NCBI GenBank assembly: GCA_020057555.1
Contig: JAGVFR010000026.1
Location: 22,631 to 86,630, forward strand
Reading direction: 5' to 3'
DNA: 64,000 nt
Origin: a bacterium
Lineage (GTDB): Bacteria; Patescibacteriota; Patescibacteriia; UBA9934; GWF2-40-263
The translations under genes were made by a program, and so were the position numbers. The notes under the pieces are model-generated. The model searched no databases and was not told where the DNA came from. It worked only from the letters and a program-made list of their open reading frames with translations. Positions 61,184-64,000 of this stretch are shown here, piece after piece (within the stretch, counting starts at the first letter, position 1; each line of letters starts with the position of its first letter).

Positions 61184-62505
61184 GCAATAACGTGACAATG
61201 GAAAAATTAACTGCGCTTGCGAAGTCGCGAGGGTTTGTGTATCCGGGTTCGGAAATCTATGGAGGACTTGCGAATTCTTGGGATTATGGTCCGCTTGGAG
61301 TTGAGTTAAAACGAAATATCGTTGAAGCATGGTGGAAAAGATTTGTAACATCGCGCAAAGACATGGTTGGAATTGATGCGGCGATTATCATGAATCCAAA
61401 AGTTTGGGATGCGTCAGGTCACACATCTGAATTCACAGATCCACTTGTTGAGTGCAAAAAATGTCACACGCGTTTTCGTGCTGATCAAATTGATATTGCT
61501 TCAACATGTACGAATTGTGGCGCAAAGGATGAATTTACTCAATCCAAAAATTTTAATCTGATGTTCAAAACATTCTTGGGTTCAACAGAAGACGATTCAT
61601 CTGTTGCGTATTTGCGCGGTGAGCTCGCTCAAGGAATGTTTGTTGATTTTCCACTTGTTGTTCAAACTTCTCGCAAACGTGTTCCATTTGGAATCGCGCA
61701 AATTGGAAAATGTTTTCGAAACGAGATCACGCCTGGAAATTTTATTTTTCGCACGCGCGAATTTAATTTGATGGAGTTTGAATATTTTGTGAATCCATCA
61801 GAATGGGAAAAATGGTTTGAGTATTGGCTTAATGAAATGAAATCATGGCTTTTATTTTTAGGTGTGAAGGAAGATCAATTTGTTCTGACTGAAATTCCAG
61901 ATGGTGAACGCGCGCATTATTCAAAACGAACTGTTGATATCGAATATCATTATCCATTTGGACAAAAAGAATTATACGGAATCGCTTATCGAACAGATTT
62001 TGATTTGAAAAATCACATGGAAAAATCCGGAAAAGACATGCGATATATGGATCCGATGAATAACGAAAAATATATTCCGCATGTGATTGAACCAACATTT
62101 GGAATTGATCGATCAGTGCTTGTCACGCTTTTGTCAGCTTACACCGAAGAGGAAGCTCCGACTGCGGAAGAAGGTGAAACTGATAGCCGAATAGTTTTGA
62201 AACTTCCAAAAGCGCTTGCGCCGTTCAAGATCGCGATTCTTCCTCTTTCCAAAAAACCAGAATTGAATGCTGTTGCGGAGCCGATCGCTGAAAAGTTGCG
62301 TGCAAGATGGTCGGTTGATTATGACGAAACACAGTCGATCGGGAAACGATATCGTCGACAAGATGAAATCGGGACGCCGTATTGTGTGACAGTTGATTTT
62401 GATTCGCTTAACGATCACGCTGTCACGATTCGCGATCGTGATTCAATGAAACAAGTTCGGATAAAAATTGACGAGTTGGAACAGTGGTTTGGAGCGAATT
62501 TATAA
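61180..62505 (+). CDS. glyQS: glycine--tRNA ligase (dimeric class II type)
   Basis: FVYPGSEIYGGLANSWDYGPLG N-terminus. FRNEITPGNFIFRTREFNLMEFEYF motif 2 region. Confidence 0.9.
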   Translation: MSNNVTMEKLTALAKSRGFVYPGSEIYGGLANSWDYGPLGVELKRNIVEAWWKRFVTSRKDMVGIDAAIIMNPKVWDASGHTSEFTDPLVECKKCHTRFRADQIDIASTCTNCGAKDEFTQSKNFNLMFKTFLGSTEDDSSVAYLRGELAQGMFVDFPLVVQTSRKRVPFGIAQIGKCFRNEITPGNFIFRTREFNLMEFEYFVNPSEWEKWFEYWLNEMKSWLLFLGVKEDQFVLTEIPDGERAHYSKRTVDIEYHYPFGQKELYGIAYRTDFDLKNHMEKSGKDMRYMDPMNNEKYIPHVIEPTFGIDRSVLVTLLSAYTEEEAPTAEEGETDSRIVLKLPKALAPFKIAILPLSKKPELNAVAEPIAEKLRARWSVDYDETQSIGKRYRRQDEIGTPYCVTVDFDSLNDHAVTIRDRDSMKQVRIKIDELEQWFGANL

Positions 62506-62508
62506 ATT

Positions 62509-63783
62509 ATGAGATCCATCATTCTTAAAAATGGTTTACGTGTTTTGTTGAACCCGATCAAAGGCACAGACACCGTGACTGCTCTTATTTTTGTTCGCAT
62601 CGGATCGCGTTATGAGCCGCCTTCAATGAATGGTGTTTCGCATTTTGTAGAGCACCTCATGTTCAAAGGAACACAACGTCGTCCGAACACACAAAAAATT
62701 ACACGCGCTCTTGATGCGATTGGCGCAGAGTTCAACGCGTTCACTTCAAAATGCGTTACTGGTTATTACGTAAAATCCGATCGCAAAGCCCTTCCACTTT
62801 CACTTGATATTTTGTCAGACATGCTTTTTAATTCGAAATTTGATGAAAAAGAAATCAATCGTGAGCGAGGAGTTGTGAGTGAGGAGATTAACTTGTATCG
62901 AGAGAATCCAATACATCATGTTGAGGATTTGATTGAGGAGGCGCTTTTTGACGGTCATGTTCTTGGAAGAAATGTTGTTGGAACGCACAAAACAATTACA
63001 GAAATGTCACGTGAAGAAATTTATAAATACTATAAAACAAATTATTCTCCTTCAAACATGATTTTGGTTGTGTCAGGAAATATAGATTCTCACGCGCGAG
63101 CATTGATTGACAAATGTTTTGGGAGAAAAAAGTCAGAGAAAGATCGTCAAGCAAAGTTTGAGCCGTTTGTTGATCGCAAAGATTCAAAATTAGCTCCACA
63201 CGTTAGCTTGCAAAACAAAAAAACAAAACAGATTCAAATTACAATTGGTTTTTCGTCGTATGGAATTGATGATGATCGCAACACTGCATTAAGCTTGCTT
63301 TCGATTGTTCTTGGTGGAAATATGAGTTCGAGATTATTCATTCAAGTTCGCGAACGAAGAGGGTTGGCGTATCGAGTTGGAACAGATATGGAAGCTTATG
63401 AAGATGTTGGGTATTTTATTGTGCGAGCCGGACTTGATCAAAAACGTCTTCCACTTGCAATGAAAACAATCATGAACGAATTGCGTTCAGTCGCACGATT
63501 GGGAATTACAAACGAAGAATTGAAAGATGCAAAAACATTTTTGCACGGGCAAGTCGCGATTCAGATGGAGGATTCATTTCATCAAGCTGAATGGTATGCA
63601 AAACAACAGATGTTTCATCGTCGCATGAAATCTCCACACGCGTTTTTGAAACAGATCGATTCGCAAACAGCTTCGGATATAAAACGTGTTGCAAAAGAAG
63701 TGATAAATTTTTCGAGAATGGGAATTGGTGTTGTAGGTCCGTATAAAAATCGAGAGGATTTTTTGAAACAAGCAGGAATATGA
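62509..63783 (+). CDS. M16-family (pitrilysin-like) zinc peptidase
   Basis: HFVEHLMFKGT inverted zinc-binding motif (HxxEH). Confidence 0.8.
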   Translation: MRSIILKNGLRVLLNPIKGTDTVTALIFVRIGSRYEPPSMNGVSHFVEHLMFKGTQRRPNTQKITRALDAIGAEFNAFTSKCVTGYYVKSDRKALPLSLDILSDMLFNSKFDEKEINRERGVVSEEINLYRENPIHHVEDLIEEALFDGHVLGRNVVGTHKTITEMSREEIYKYYKTNYSPSNMILVVSGNIDSHARALIDKCFGRKKSEKDRQAKFEPFVDRKDSKLAPHVSLQNKKTKQIQITIGFSSYGIDDDRNTALSLLSIVLGGNMSSRLFIQVRERRGLAYRVGTDMEAYEDVGYFIVRAGLDQKRLPLAMKTIMNELRSVARLGITNEELKDAKTFLHGQVAIQMEDSFHQAEWYAKQQMFHRRMKSPHAFLKQIDSQTASDIKRVAKEVINFSRMGIGVVGPYKNREDFLKQAGI

Positions 63784-64000
63784 AAACCATCATCGCAAAT
63801 TGGAAAATGAATGTTGGAGTTCGAGAAAGTGTTGCGCTCGCGCGCGGCACGCTTTTGGCTTTGCGTGGACGCAGGATATTGCCTGAAGTTGTAATTTGTC
63901 CTCCGTTTATCGCTTTGTCAGAAGTTCACAAAGTTGTCGCGCGAAGCGTTGTTTTTTTAGGTGCGCAAAATTTGTTTTGGGAAGATCATGGAGCATACAC
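63780..64000 (+). CDS. tpiA: triosephosphate isomerase, 5' part (runs off the window)
   Basis: ATGA overlap with the peptidase stop. Translates MKTIIANWKMNVG... (ANWKMN hallmark). Not in the ORF track because it is open-ended. Confidence 0.8.
   Translation, partial: MKTIIANWKMNVGVRESVALARGTLLALRGRRILPEVVICPPFIALSEVHKVVARSVVFLGAQNLFWEDHGAY

Noticed and set aside
1-64000. Alternative genetic code (UGA recoding, as in some candidate phyla).
   Set aside because: Conserved genes are full length in the standard-code ORF track. TGA terminates well-delimited genes, for example the FtsW/RodA gene at 2096-2098 and the 423-aa ORF at 22944-22946.

Overview
The window is a gene-dense, AT-rich, mostly plus-strand bacterial chromosome segment using the standard genetic code. 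TGA acts as a stop (for example 2096-2098), and long conserved ORFs are unbroken. Gene content is dominated by housekeeping functions. These include translation (rplY, prfA, prmC, rpmE, rpsB, tsf, rplJ, rplL, frr, glyQS) and lower glycolysis (gap, pgk, eno, gpmI, tpiA 5' end). They also include DNA repair (nth, pcrA/uvrD, lexA-dinB, xseAB, holB) and cell envelope functions (FtsW/RodA, MltG, MreB, four glycosyltransferases, DUF4012). The mix of DUF3048, DUF4012, DUF4015, an archaeal-type UMP kinase, a short EF-Ts and a TM0106-type nuclease suggests a small-genome Patescibacteria/CPR-like organism. That placement is inference only. Two loci stand out. (1) A roughly 1.08 kb promoter-to-terminator unit with no credible ORF lies between prfA and prmC (5272-6383, minus strand). 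It is packed with UUCG/GNRA-capped helices and is a candidate large structured ncRNA. (2) A roughly 3.5 kb island (55149-58639) holds two very GC-rich orphan genes surrounded by heavily structured non-coding DNA. That DNA includes a long leader closed by a 16-bp helix, twin 17-20 bp-stem hairpins and a candidate sRNA. The window also carries several short repeat families. One is a hairpin family with a conserved core and compensatory stem changes. Another is a MITE-like element that sits in-frame inside queA. A third is low-complexity word tracts immediately upstream of many start codons. Four further composition-atypical orphan genes each have their own terminator. No rRNA, tRNA, CRISPR array, transposase or integrase was seen.
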